Origin: Eledone cirrhosa
Taxonomy: Eukaryota
Assembly: GCA_964016885.1 (NCBI GenBank)
Contig: OZ024742.1
Coordinates: 105,896,001 to 105,960,000, forward strand
Direction: 5' to 3'
DNA: 64,000 nucleotides
The notes under the pieces are model-generated. The model saw only the letters and a program-made list of their open reading frames with translations. It searched no databases and had not been told where the DNA came from. A program made the position numbers and the translations under genes. Below are positions 1 through 12,560 of the stretch, one piece after another (positions within the stretch are counted from its first letter, which is position 1; every line of letters starts with the position of its first letter).

Positions 1-120
1 GCATTACTGGTACTTTATTTTATCGACCCCGTAAGAATGAAAGGCAAAGCTAACCCCGGCGGGATTTGAACTCAGACTATAAAGGGCCGTACTCTATGCT
101 GCAAAGCATGGTGTCCAAAG
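1..120 (-). mobile_element. tRNA-derived SINE (Meta-domain-like core), partial
   Basis: Reverse complement of the family core TTTGCCTTTCATCC..GGGGTCGATAAAATAAAGTACCAG and B-box-like GAGTTCAAATCC; many copies across the window. Confidence 0.8.
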
Positions 121-387
121 CTAAGATGCAAATTAAATTATTTTATACTTCTGATACACAAACATAAAAAAATAAAAGAAACAAAAAAAAAACACAAAAA
201 AACAAAAAAAAAAAACAAAAAAAAACAAAAAAAAAACAAACAAATAGTAAAATAGTAATAACAAAAACCTTGCTCAAGCTCCATTATTCGTATATATAAT
301 AGATGTATGTATATATGAATAATAGGGCTTGGGCAAGATTCTTTACTATTCGATTTTTTCTTTTATTTTGTTTGTTTTTGTTGAAAC

Positions 388-431
<44 letters not shown>

Positions 432-1295
432 AGGATGGATAGAAGAGAGTGATACACACATATATGTAGATAGATAGATAAATAGAGAGTGAGAGAGAGA
501 AGGATAGGTAAGGGACAGTGATACACAAACACAGACACACATAAAAGTCTATTTAAAATCCATACTCACAATATCCTTTACATTTTCTACTATGAAATCA
601 AACTACACTATTATATAAGAAACTCTGTCAATAACATAAATATGAACAATGTAGTAGACACTATAAAATAATATAGAACAATACGTTATAGAACAATGCA
701 GAAATACCTTTGAACACAATATATACCGCGTATATTAACCAAAGTAAAAACAAACAAACCTCATATAAAGCTATTACTTGTGCGAAATACATACCTTGGC
801 TTTATCAAAAACTCATAAAATATATTATGCGTTACACAAGACCATAAACTAACATCAATAGTTTATTGAAAAATTAGAAAAATTAAAAATCTATTAATAT
901 AATTTTCACATGTAATCTCTGCCTGTTCGTCCCATTTGGAATGTCAAAATAGAACCCACCGCATATATCTATATAAGTATGTATAGTCCACTAACTCCTT
1001 ATAGAATCGTAGGGGCGCCGTATTGACATACGGCGTTTATTGGGCATTTTAAGCCTCGCGGGCCCATCCCTCTCCAGGCCAGAGTACAGTAGATTTCTTC
1101 CAGTGAAAGATAGAAAGTGAGAGAGAATGGAAATGAGAAAACGTTATAGAAGAAGAATCGCACTTTTTCATCGACCTCGAAAGGATGAAAGACAAAGTTG
1201 ACCACGATGGGATTTGAACTCAGAGAGCAAAGAGCCGGAACGAATACTGCAAAGCATTCTATCCGACATTCTATGACTCTGCCAATTAGCCTACC

Positions 1296-1373
<78 letters not shown>

Positions 1374-1412
1374 GATATTAACAAATGGAAACTATATTTA
1401 TAAAACCATATT

Positions 1413-1477
1413 TATTTTATTATACATATTTCAAGGATACCATGTTAAATTACGGTATGCCTTCATCAGACAAAATA
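1413..1477 (-). ncRNA. Type I hammerhead ribozyme (family A)
   Basis: Minus strand: stem I UAUUUUGU/AUAAAAUA, CUGAUGA, stem II AGGCAUACCG/UGGUAUCCUU, GAAA, short stem III, AUA cleavage triplet. Confidence 0.8.
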
Positions 1478-1628
1478 CAATATATACCAGTTTTATAAAT
1501 AAACATTGACGTTACCCTTTCAAAATGCAACCGTTACTTTTGGAAGACATCAGGATAGTCTTCCAAAAGTAACGGTTGCATTTTGAAAGGGTAACGTCAA
1601 TGTTTATTTATAAAACTGGTATATATTG

Positions 1629-1693
1629 TATTTTGTCTGATGAAGGCATACCATAATTTAACATGGTATCCTTGAAATATGTCTAATAAAATA
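1629..1693 (+). ncRNA. Type I hammerhead ribozyme (family A, stem III point mutation)
   Basis: CTGATGA 1637-1643, GAAA 1674-1677, stem I 1629-1636/1686-1693; A>C at 1683 weakens stem III. Confidence 0.7.
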
Positions 1694-1820
1694 AATATGG
1701 TTTTATAAATATAGTTTCCATTTGTTAATATCGTATATATACTCCAAATATTTGTCGAGTGCTTTATATCAGTTATAAAAATATTTGCTTGTTGTATCCC
1801 AACAATTTAAATAGAACTTT

Positions 1821-1871
<51 letters not shown>

Positions 1872-1940
1872 AAAAAGAGATGAAATCGAAAATGCAACTG
1901 GAGTCTTATTTTAAAAAAATATATATATATTTATTTGGTT

Positions 1941-1978
1941 CCTTTACCGATTTCGCAGTTCTTCTGCTTTTCAAAAGG
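1941..1978 (-). ncRNA. Minimal hammerhead ribozyme, U3-A8 core variant (family B)
   Basis: Minus: CCUU UUGAAAA GCAG-aagaa-CUGC GAAA UCGG UA AAGG. Confidence 0.65.
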
Positions 1979-2047
1979 TGAGTTGAGATGGAGGGTCGTG
2001 ATTTTTCTCACATATGAGAAAAACCACAGACCCTCCATCTCAACTCA

Positions 2048-2085
2048 CCTTTTGAAAAGCAGGAGAACTGCGAAATCGGTAAAGG
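2048..2085 (+). ncRNA. Minimal hammerhead ribozyme, U3-A8 core variant (family B)
   Basis: CCTT(2048-51) TTGAAAA(2052-58) GCAG gagaa CTGC GAAA(2072-75) TCGG TA AAGG(2082-85). Confidence 0.65.
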
Positions 2086-2238
2086 AACCAAATAAATATA
2101 TATATTTAAAAAAAAAATAAGACTCCTGTTGCATTTTCGATTTCATCTCTTTTTCTTTATACTTTCACTCGTGTAGGACACCTCGGTTATTTTTCAATTT
2201 GTAAAAAACCCTCACTTTCTAATATATATATATATATA

Positions 2239-3538
2239 TCTAATATATATTTGTGAAATGGGCGATGGTTGAAATTCAAATGTGCACGGTTAAATGGTAA
2301 TAGACGTGGTCGGACTGACATGAAAATTTACACACCTATGTAAAAAGTGCCAAGGAAGCAAATAGACGAGGTTTCAAATCTTTAACTTGAAAAATGTGGT
2401 CCCTGGGACCCCAAAACTATCGCGTTCGGTGAGTTATTTCCCCCTGTTGTAATACTTTTGTCTTATTTACAATTTCATCATCCTTCTACATTTAACGATC
2501 ATACAGTACCCTTTTATGAAATCATTTCTGCAGTACGGTCACTGTTTTCCATCAAAAGAAATAAAACCCTTGGCGATACTTGGTTTTAGTGTCCTAAATT
2601 ATCATCATCGACATTCAATTATTAGCTCCACCCACTACACGATACGTCACGAAGGTAAATGTTTCAAAAAAATTTTAAACTGTATATCGCAACAATATAT
2701 TGTTTAAAGAATTTTTTTTTTCTGTTGTTAAAAACTGTAAATCTGTTTAAAAAAAAATGTATTTCGCAGCAATTTTTTTCTGTTAAAAACTGTAAATAAA
2801 TATTCATGTAAACATGAAGCATAGTGTTTCGGTTAAATACATTTTTTTTACAAACAGATTTACAGTTTTAAACAACAGAAAAAGAATTTCTTTAAACAAT
2901 ATATTGTTGCGATATACAATTTAACATTTTTTCGAAACATTTGCCTTCGTGACGTATCGTGTGTTAAAAAAAAAAATGTATTTCGCAGCAATTTTTTTTC
3001 TGTTAAAAACTGTAAATAAATATTTATTTTGTTCAAAAGATAAATCAAAAATCTAATTTTCTCTGTTAATATTTTAATAAATATTTATTCTAAAAATTCA
3101 ATGTTTTTTCATGTAAGAAAATGACATGTAAAAATCAAGCCGCAGCAGCAGCTGATGACGTGTCGTGACGTATCGTGTAGTGGGTGGAGTTAATAATTAT
3201 TGTTGATGATGATAATTTAGGACACTAAAACCAAGTATCGCCAAACCCTTAAATTGCGAAGAAGGGACGCGTGTTTTTATTTTAATTCTAATACATGTTA
3301 ACCACCACTAACAGTAAGTAGTATTTTTCAAATTGCATATCATCGACATTGCTATTTTGCTGTTAATAAACAACGCTTTTCACGTCGCTCCACTTCTCAT
3401 TGTACGCCGTCCAGCCCCAAGTGCATATTTCTATTTTTTTTCCTGAAACTGCTTCTTTATAATAAACTTTCAATAATATTTTTCAAATTATTAACTTAAT
3501 AAAAAGTGGCCCCGGGTGCAACCGGGCTCAGCTGCTAG
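2239..3538 (+). mobile_element. Non-autonomous Helitron
   Basis: A|TC 5' end at 2239; 3' hairpin CCCGGGTGCAACCGGG (3511-3526) followed by CTAG|T at 3535-3538. Confidence 0.65.
2572..3242. mobile_element. MITE with long TIRs (GGCGATACTTGG...), Merlin-like, nested in the Helitron
   Basis: TIRs of about 80 bp; 8-bp TSD AAACCCTT at 2564-2571 and 3243-3250; GG-starting termini. Confidence 0.7.
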
Positions 3539-3723
3539 TTATATATATTTTATATGCAATTGTTCTCCCCGCTCCACATATGACGTATTTTCTTCGTTTT
3601 TTCCGTTCATTGCCAGAGAACGTCTCTATGAACCACCTAATAGAATATTAGTCTACGACTTCTTTTATACCATAAACGTGGTTTTGTCTTTGCGTGTAAT
3701 TGTTTTTCACCGCTCCAAATAAT

Positions 3724-3832
3724 TGTTTCTACTTTAGGCACAAGGCCAGCAATTACCCAGTGCATTACAGGTACTTTATTTTATCGACCCCGTAAGGATG
3801 AAAAGCAAAGTCAACCTCGGCGGGATTTGAAC
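3724..3832 (-). mobile_element. 5'-truncated tRNA-derived SINE with TSD
   Basis: Family core; 17-bp duplication TCACCGCTCCAAATAAT at 3707-3723 and 3833-3849. Confidence 0.8.
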
Positions 3833-3984
3833 TCACCGCTCCAAATAATGACGTATTATATTCGTTTTTATCCCGTTCTTTGCCAGGGAACGTTTCCACG
3901 AACCAAAGTATCGTCTTCCTGTCTTCCCCCGGTTGCAACGGTTTTTTGAAATATTCACTTCTGCGTTCACAGATTGACTTTGTT

Positions 3985-4035
3985 AGTTTCAGAAGATCCC
4001 GTTAAGGGTGAAAGCAGCGATTCTTTGCTTAAACT
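3985..4035 (+). ncRNA. Hammerhead-like fold, U4A core variant (family C)
   Basis: AGTTT CAGAAGA T-CCC gttaa GGG-T GAAA GCAG..TTGC T T AAACT; all three stems pair. Confidence 0.55.
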
Positions 4036-4064
4036 TTAATCTGTTATTTTAATAAATAAATAAC

Positions 4065-4169
<105 letters not shown>

Positions 4170-4189
4170 TTATTAAAATAACAGATTAA

Positions 4190-4241
4190 AGTCTAAGCAA
4201 AGAATCGTTGCTTTTCACCCTTAACGGGATCTTCTGAAACT
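4190..4241 (-). ncRNA. Hammerhead-like fold, family C (degenerate)
   Basis: Reverse complement of 3985-4035 with a few substitutions and an extra A in GAAA. Confidence 0.45.
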
Positions 4242-4314
4242 AACAAAGTCAATCTGTGAACGCAGAAGTGAATATTTCAAAAACCGTTGCAATCTGAGCA
4301 AGACAGGAAGACGA

Positions 4315-5330
4315 TACGAGGTCCAAAAAGTAAATAAACTGGCGTTTTATTTGAGTGACGTACATGGAATTTCATGTTATCTCCTTCCAAATCTGACTCT
4401 TGAGAAGTCCCAGTGGTTCCAACATTTTTTTTTCCATTGATCGTAGCAGTACCGGAGGTTATTTTCTGTGAGTGTCCTTAACTCCTCGGTTACAATTTTT
4501 TGTATGTTTTCCACAATCCAAAAATGATGGCCCTTCAACTTCGATTTCAACTTAGGGAAGAGGAAGAAATCACATGGACCTAGATCTGGGCTGTATGGAG
4601 TATGTGGAAGAGTGGGAATGTGTTTCTTCGCTAGAAATTCTCTAATTGAAAGTGCTATGTGAACAGATGCGTTATCGTCGTGAAGTACTCAATGTCCTGC
4701 AGTGTCCTTGTTGGACTCGTTTTCGAAGTCGTTCCAAGGCATCTTTGTAGAAGGCCCGATTAACTATTTGTCGTGGAGGTAAAAATGTTTTTGTGAACAA
4801 TACCACGGCTGTCGAGGAAAGATGATAATCATCGTTTTACCCCTGGATCTGTTCATGCATGGTTTCTTCGGCCGAGCAGAATTTTCTATGTATCACTCCT
4901 TACTTTGCCGTTTTGTATCTGAATCTTACTTAAACACCTATGATTTATCTCCTGTTATTACTTTATCCAAGAACTTTGGCTCAATTTCGAGTCTTTCTAG
5001 CAAAGCTTGACAAATTTCCAGTCGGTTCGCTTTTTGCACGACATACAAGTGTTTGGGCACTAGTTTTGCACAAATTGTTTGCATGTGCCAATGGTCAGTT
5101 AAAATCCCATAAAATCATTTTAATCCAAGCCCGTTTCTTCTGTAATCATTCTAACACTTAATCGGTGATCTTTCGCTATTACTGCTTGCACCACTTCCAC
5201 ATTTTCTTCATTTGTGGTCAAGATTGACCTTCTTGTACGAGGTCCATCTTCAACATTTTCGCTGCCCTCTCTGAAAGCTTTGTGCCACTTAAAAAGTTTA
5301 TTTCTCGATAGAGTGGCATCACCGTAAGAT
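4315..5330 (-). pseudogene. Decayed mariner (Tc1/mariner) transposase with one terminus
   Basis: Minus translations LPHTPYSPDLGPCDFFLFPKLK (~4550-4610) and YGDATLSRNKLFKWHKAFREG (~5265-5328); TA + CGAGG..AAAAAGTA TIR-like end at 4315. Confidence 0.85.
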
Positions 5331-7250
5331 TGTGTTCACCACCACCCTCAAATACTAAATCAAACTTAGAAACACCTACATGCGTTACCCGAAATCCTAA
5401 AATATATCGCTCTTCTCAACGCGAGAGAATATGTCTGCAGTGCGATTGTCCTTTGATTCATCTTGAGACTCGACACACTTATAAAAACAAGATTTTAAGC
5501 CAACACCAAACCCACTGTAAAATCATCTGCTATAGCAGTGCCGTTCCAGACTTTCCCAGTAACGCAAAAGACACGCAGACAGCCAGTGGGTAAAAAGAGC
5601 TACCAGCAACCGCTAACATATCTGTAAGCATAATGTTATCTAGTAGTGCAACCACAACCCCAGTTAACAACCACTCCTCAAACTCTTTTTTAGAAATGAC
5701 TAATCTGGCAAATGGGATAAAAAAAAGCCTTCAATCTATCACGCAGCAATACCACCTTCTCCTATAGCCCGAGTACACCTCTCCCCACATTGTTGTCATT
5801 AAACCACAAATCCAATAGAAAACCCCTGAAACAGTTAATATAAGGCACTACATTTTTTCTCAATGCACACAATAACAGCACTTCCATTAATGGATGACAA
5901 TGGAAGATTCAGTTCATTGAAATTTGGGTTGCCGAACATCCCCACCTCATCCTACTCTTCATCCTAACTAAGAACCACCTCGTCTACAAACAATGGAAGC
6001 CGAAGTGGGGGTAAGAAATTTTACACCCGTCCGCGCAGATTGCATTGGTAGAAGAAAGGGCAGAACTGCCATTTTCCTGCACGATTCTTGTACAACAGAC
6101 ACAAATGATATAATCTTCAATGGCTACTGTGAATGTACACGACAAAGCCAACGATTTGACCATAGCTGGGCTCTATAGGGCACCCCAAACTTCGTTACTG
6201 TGATTCAACGCATGCCTGGACAGCAGTGCCATTCTGGTAACTTACTAAAGATGTGTGACTTCAACTTCCCCTGTGTTGATTGGTTTACAAACACTTTGAA
6301 TCAGGTATTTCCCCAACAGCTCCTGACAAAGCAGCAACATAATCACTTGGCTCGCACCAATATGTCACAAAATGATTTTGGAATTAATGTTTAGTAACCA
6401 CATTAAAACTATCCGCAATATTGCAGTGGAAAACACTCAGACAATGAATGGTTCTCTGTAACCCGAGACTCCAACAACCAAAAGCTAAACCCAATGACCT
6501 CTCTTCAGACTATCTATTTGATAACTTTTATCTTCATAATTTAAACTGTGATGTGGTCACTCATGATCTTTCCCACGTTGGCTGGTCTTTCACAGACACA
6601 CTCACCTCCATCAACATAAAAATATCTTGGCAAATATTTGTAGACACTGTTACAAATATATGCGCAAAACACAACCCATCAAGGCAGAATGCATAGAAAT
6701 AAAATAAATTTTATTAGAAAACTAAAAGAAAAATAAACGTAATTAAAAAAACTCCAACCATCTAAAATATTATCGGCAGCAATACACCCATTCGACTGCT
6801 ATAAAATTGGTCGACACCCCTCCCCAAACCCCCCAAAAAACAAAAAATCAATATTCAAAATTGCATGATAACTACCATTAACAATCAATGAAGAGTGAAG
6901 GAGGACTGAGCTATTAAGAACATTAAACTCAACCCTAAAGCGTTCTTTTAACACAAGGTTGCTATATCCACTATTGGCCCTTTGGTTGAGGAAAATAACA
7001 CTCTCCATGATGATGTTAAAACTGTGACACTGCAGAAACAACACTGCCCTGTTTTTATCAATCTTGATATGGTTGATCTGGACAGTATCAGTGGCGTTAA
7101 ATCATACCATATATGACATAACGTTTGGTGCCCTTGCAATAAACAAAATCAAGCACAACTCAGCAGTAGACCTCAATATGTTCCCTGCTAATGTCGTGAA
7201 AGAGTGTCAATATCAAGTTGCATCCACTCTAGCTAATACTCATTGGACGC
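5330..7250 (+). pseudogene. Decayed CR1/L2-group LINE (APE endonuclease and start of RT)
   Basis: Fragments VRAD..GRRKG.TAIFL, DFNFPCVDW, IKLNPKAFF, IKHNSA..FPANVVKEC; many stops and frameshifts. Confidence 0.7.
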
Positions 7251-7994
7251 AGTCTACCTTAACATTTTCAAGTTTTTATCCGATGTTCTAACGACTCTGC
7301 CAATTCACCGCTAACATATATTATAAATTACAAACAGAAATAGATTTAAAAATACAAGTTGATAACACAACCATCTTATAAAGTACTACTCGAGAAATAT
7401 TACCCGAGAAACTAAAAGATTAGTCAAAGAAGCCATGACAAAACACAGCCAACAACTGAATACACAAATATCACAATATTATAACAAACTGAGACATACA
7501 ACTGATATATTTTAACGACCCCGTTAGACTTGACAAAGTTAGACTTGATGGGATTAAAACTCTGCAAAGTAGATGTTGATGCAAATATTTATTTCTTATA
7601 CGGTCACAAGGCTAAAGAAAGCGATCAGTCAATGATATAGGGCCCTGTACTTAACTGGTACTTTATTTATCGACCTCGGAAGGACGAAAGGCAAAGCTGG
7701 CCTTACTAATACCCGTTACGTAAAAAGCGAGAACAACTAACGAGTCTAACGATTCAACAATTTGTTGGTGTAAATATTTATTTCAAATTTCGTCACAAAG
7801 CCAGATAAGGGAATCAACTCCAATAGATGACTGGTACTTTATTTTATTATTCCCGGAAGGGGGAAAAGCATAGTTGACGTCAGCGGGATTTGAATTCTAA
7901 GCGGTAGTTTGCGATCCGAGATAGATTTTGACTTCTATTTCTACCAGATATTGTGTATATCGGATTACAATATTTAAGATATGTGAATGTATCT

Positions 7995-8280
7995 GGCTTA
8001 GTGGTAAGGATATTTCACTCATAATCGTAAGGTCATGAGTTCCAGGTGGTGTGTTGTGTTCTTGAGCAACACACTTTATTTCATGTTGATCCAGTCAATT
8101 CAGCTGGCAAAATGTGTGGAACCTGTAATTTAAATGGCTAGCCAGGTCACATACTCTGTTACAATGAATATTTCTGAGAACTAACGGTGCATATGTGTAT
8201 AGAATGCTAGGCCACTTGCACGTTAATTTCATGAGCAAGGCTGTTCCGTTGTTCGAACAACTGTATCACACGAAGGAGGT
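7995..8280 (+). mobile_element. Second SINE family (tRNA head + CORE-like GTGTCCTTGAGCAAGACACTT)
   Basis: TGGCTTAGTGGTAAG head, GTGTTCTTGAGCAACACACTTTATTTCA; related copies at ~18680-18925(-), 32020-32320, 36655-36955, 44585-44770(-), 48250-48555. Confidence 0.65.
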
Positions 8281-8607
8281 TCAAAATATCTAAGCTACCT
8301 TTCCTTTTTCTAAATGATAAAAGTATAGTTTGAGGGTGATTTAATCACTGTTTGTAAGTAGCTCCTTCCGTGGCTCTCCAACAAGATAGTTAAGCTTAAT
8401 TTATGCTGTGCGATAAACTGGGTCGCAAGGATACATACGTCAGTTTGGATTCAACCCTCTCCACCCCCAAATAAATGTAAATGTATATATAAAAAAATGA
8501 TTGAGGTTTAGTTAAAACAGCATTCTTTTGTATTTACTAACAACTCAGACAAGTTTAAACTATCAGAAGATAAGATCTATGAAACACCGGATTGCATGCA
8601 TTCTTAC

Positions 8608-8720
8608 AGAGCACAGAAGGTAAAGAATGCAGATAGTGTGAGAAAACAGGTGTTGAAACATTCAAAGTTCATGTGAACAAAGTACCATGGCGCTGAACCA
8701 CGTGAGAAACATTTTTTTAG
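8608..8720 (-). other. Possible host coding exon (unassigned)
   Basis: TTCTTCAG acceptor, GTAAGA donor, open frame LKKCFSRGSAPWYFVHMNFECFNTCFLTLSAFFTFCA; no recognisable homology. Confidence 0.25.
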
Positions 8721-9789
8721 CTGAAGAATTACACCGTTGATAAACAACAACAAAAATAAAATAACAAAAACCAAAATGTAAAACAATATAGACATTTTAT
8801 TTTTAAACTTATGACGTAGTAAACAGGAATTCCATAAGTGAAAATAAAATGAAACCTACTATAAATTTATCGATGAAAAAAATGACAAAATATAATCTTT
8901 AGAATTTATACAAAACAAAACCTTGAACCGTCTCCCTGTCATTTGAAAAAAAAAAATCGTTTAAGGTCATAGCGGAGTTTCTAGAACTTTTACAATTTAC
9001 AACACACTAAAAACTATGCATTCCTTCGGTAACGGTAAACTAGATTTAATTGGCTTGTTCAAAGATAACATAAAATAAATAAACAAATAAATATCCAAAT
9101 CTAGATTATTATTTATTAGTTTATATATTTTCATAATCTAAAGCTGCTTTATTTTAAACATCTATGTATGGACCCATAACTCCCGATGGAATAGGGGAAC
9201 CGGAGTAACTAGGTTACTTTAAACCTGGCAGAGTCCGTCTCTTCTTCAGGTGTGTACACAGACGATTTCTTCTAGAGAAGGAGAGGGATTAAGGGAGAAG
9301 TGAGAAAGATATATAGAGAAAGAATCGACCCCAGTACTGGGCTGATACTTTATTTTATCGTCCTCAAAAGGAGGAAAGGCAAAGTTGACCACGGAGAGAT
9401 TTGATTTAAAGGGGCAGAGAGCCGGAAGAAATAACGCAAATCCCTTTATCCTGGCAATTCGCCGCCTCACTAGCAAAAGGGAATAGCTATTTAAACTATC
9501 AAAATGTTACCCACGATAGATTATACAAACTAAGAGAAGGTTATTTCACTCCTATCTAAACAGTGGATGCATGCAACATTTTTTCTGGTCATTTCGGACA
9601 TTGCTGTGTTTTGGACAAGAGCAGTTGAAACGGTTGATACCTCTCATTCGCATCTCACCGTTTTTGTCTCCATGTGACTTAAATTCAATGGAAAGATAAC
9701 TTATATGAGATAACCTAGTTATTGCCAGGAATATGTCAAGTAACTCCAAATAAGCTTTGTTCGAAGATGCAGCTATCCAAATAATAATG

Positions 9790-9980
9790 TTTTCTACTTT
9801 TGGCACAAGGCCGGCAATTTGAATGGAAGCGAGGAAAGTCAATTAAATCGTCCCAAGTCCGTTACTGGTACTTTATTTTATCGACTCCGTGAGGCGGGAT
9901 TTGAACTCAACGTAAAGGGCCATAACTATATGCCACAAAGCATGTTGTCTGGCGCTCTACTGATACTGCCAACCCAGCGG
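9790..9980 (-). mobile_element. tRNA-derived SINE (Meta-like)
   Basis: Family head, core and GGCCTTGTGCC..GTAGAAA tail on minus. Confidence 0.75.
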
Positions 9981-10608
9981 CCTTAGCTCTCCTAATAATA
10001 ATATTTTAAGGAGAGCTAAAGATGATTTCTTTTATTGGTCAAAAGACCCAAGATATTAGAGATAATACAAGGACAATAACAACAACGAAGAAGAAGAAGA
10101 AGAAAAAGAAGAAGAAGAAGAAGCTGACGAGTTCTTTTGCCAGCCAGAAAAAGCAGTTTGAAGACAATTCGGCGCCTTCCGCCGATCGTGCCGGATTTTT
10201 AAGGAACATGTTGAGAGAATTAGGAAATGTGAATAATGGATAAAAGGCTAATCTGATGTTATTCGTTTTTGTCTTTGTTGTATATAGTTTTAAATGTATG
10301 TATATTTACGGTAATGTAAGTTGTTACAATTTCTTTATTAAAAACCATTGCAAAATTTTAAAATGTTAATAATTCTTTAATAATTCTAAAATCAATCACT
10401 AATGTCAATACCTCATACAAGAAGAAAAAATAAATAAAAAACTAAAAAATAAATAAATTAAATGAAAATAAAACGGTATTCGCTACATCCTATAGTATTG
10501 AACGGAATATAAATTAATGACGACGAAATTAATGTTAATGATAAATTTGAAAAGAAATACTGTGTATATATATATATATATGTTGTAATGCTCGCATATA
10601 TGTATATG

Positions 10609-10660
<52 letters not shown>

Positions 10661-10774
10661 CGTGTGTGCAGTTTTATGTTAAACTAATGATGATAAACGG
10701 AAAAAATGAAACGAAAATTCAGTATACATACTTATATATAATGATGATACTTTGACACCTCGTTCCTACTTATT

Positions 10775-10815
<41 letters not shown>

Positions 10816-10858
10816 TAAGAGTGAGAAATGAAATTTCATTTTTCCATTTATATATATA

Positions 10859-10898
<40 letters not shown>

Positions 10899-10956
10899 TA
10901 TAAATATATATATACATATATATGCACACACACAGAAACACACACACACACACACA

Positions 10957-10997
<41 letters not shown>

Positions 10998-11396
10998 AGG
11001 AGACCCCCTTAGTTGATTAAGTTGATCGCAGTACTTGACTGCCATTTATTCTATCGACCCTTGACAAACAATAACAACAGCTGTACGTCTTGTTAGCCAT
11101 CTTATTCTTCTTCAACGATGTAAGCTGCGGAGACAGTTCGCAAGTTTATTTCCACTCAATTTCTTCTGTCACTTAGGGTAATTCATGTAGGATTTGAACC
11201 AAGGGTGGGTTGGTTGTTTAGTTGTAAAAATAATAACGGTGACGAACTCTCAGTACGACGGTTAATCGGATGCCCGGTAAGGTAGCACTAACTAGATGAT
11301 AGTTCACCGGAAATCTGTAGTGTGTCGTCTGTGTCGGGGCAAAAGGGGGTGGGGAAGTTTTCTAAACCAGTACCATGCACATACGTATATAAACAT

Positions 11397-11432
<36 letters not shown>

Positions 11433-11433
11433 G

Positions 11434-11554
<121 letters not shown>

Positions 11555-11743
11555 TCAAATATATATTATCTTTGAGATAGCAGTAATATAAAGTAAGTTA
11601 CTTGGTACCACCTTCCCCTACCACCTGTCATAATAATTCTTTCTAACTTTGGCACAAGGCCATCAATTTGAGGGAAGGGGAAAGTCGATTATATTCATTT
11701 CAGTCAACACGTCCTCTTTGCTTGATATATATATATATATACA

Positions 11744-11806
<63 letters not shown>

Positions 11807-12189
11807 ATAAATATTTGCTCTGCGGTTCTTATATATATATATTTATATATATATAAACTTAAGAAAATTAACACTGAAAGGACAAAACAACGAACGAAAA
11901 CAAAGAAAACGAAAAAACAATTTTTTAAGGTGAACCTTAAAAATTATTAAAAAAAATAAATATAGAAACGAATGACACAGAACTTCATACCCATCGGCTA
12001 TTGAGATGGACTTTGGCAGTTTCGACCCCTACCAACGGTACTGCTGGTCCATCCGGGGTCACAGTTTCTGACATAAGCCAAATGCTGTCCAAAGGAGTAA
12101 GATAGAAAGAGAGGAGGGCGATAGATAGACAAAGAACTATCAACTTCCATGGCTGTGAGATCGAGTGAGTGAAAGTGGAGGTGAAAAGA

Positions 12190-12560
12190 AGAAATGCGCA
12201 ACGTCCGAATGAGTATCCTCCGCATCCTACTAGCTTACCCTCAACCTCTGGGTCCCGACCGACTGTATAAAGAATACACTACCCCAGTTGACAACGAGGG
12301 AGACGCACTGGAACAGCCACTCCAAATCGCAGATCTCGCACCTGCGGGCAGCCAGCACCGCTCCGATAGAAGTGAGTAGTAGTGTGGTATAGATCCAAGA
12401 ATGTCGGAAATCTCTACTTCCATAGGCTCTACCACAGTCATTGTCCAGCTATGTGCCAGTTGCAAATGATGGAACTGCGTTGAGTCAGCACCACTGTGGG
12501 GTTGTGAGGAACACCAGCCTGTCTAAAATCATGTTGCAAAGGATAGCGTCTCATTTGTAT
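12190..12560 (+). pseudogene. Decayed RTE-type LINE C-terminal fragment
   Basis: VVRNTSLSKIMLQ resembles the RTE C-terminal HV.R....K.ILQG motif; ILRIL upstream. Confidence 0.4.

Larger units (their letters stand above)
1373..1824 (+). mobile_element. Fold-back PLE-derived mini-element, family A (176-bp inverted arms + ~90-bp tail) in (TA)n
   Basis: Arms 1373-1548 and 1558-1733 near-perfectly complementary; unpaired tail 1734-1824; flanked by (TA)n; homologous to the 3' end of the coding PLE at 29582-29700 and to 52456-52737. Confidence 0.85.
1866..2221 (+). mobile_element. Fold-back mini-element, family B (inverted arms + ~60-bp tail) in (TA)n
   Basis: Arms ~1866-2010 and ~2015-2160; tail 2161-2221; single-arm copy with the same tail at 32773-32960. 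Confidence 0.8.

Noticed and set aside
12010-12070. GACCCC..GGGGTC GAAA CTGC on minus
   Set aside because: Core lacks a nucleotide and stems I/III do not close
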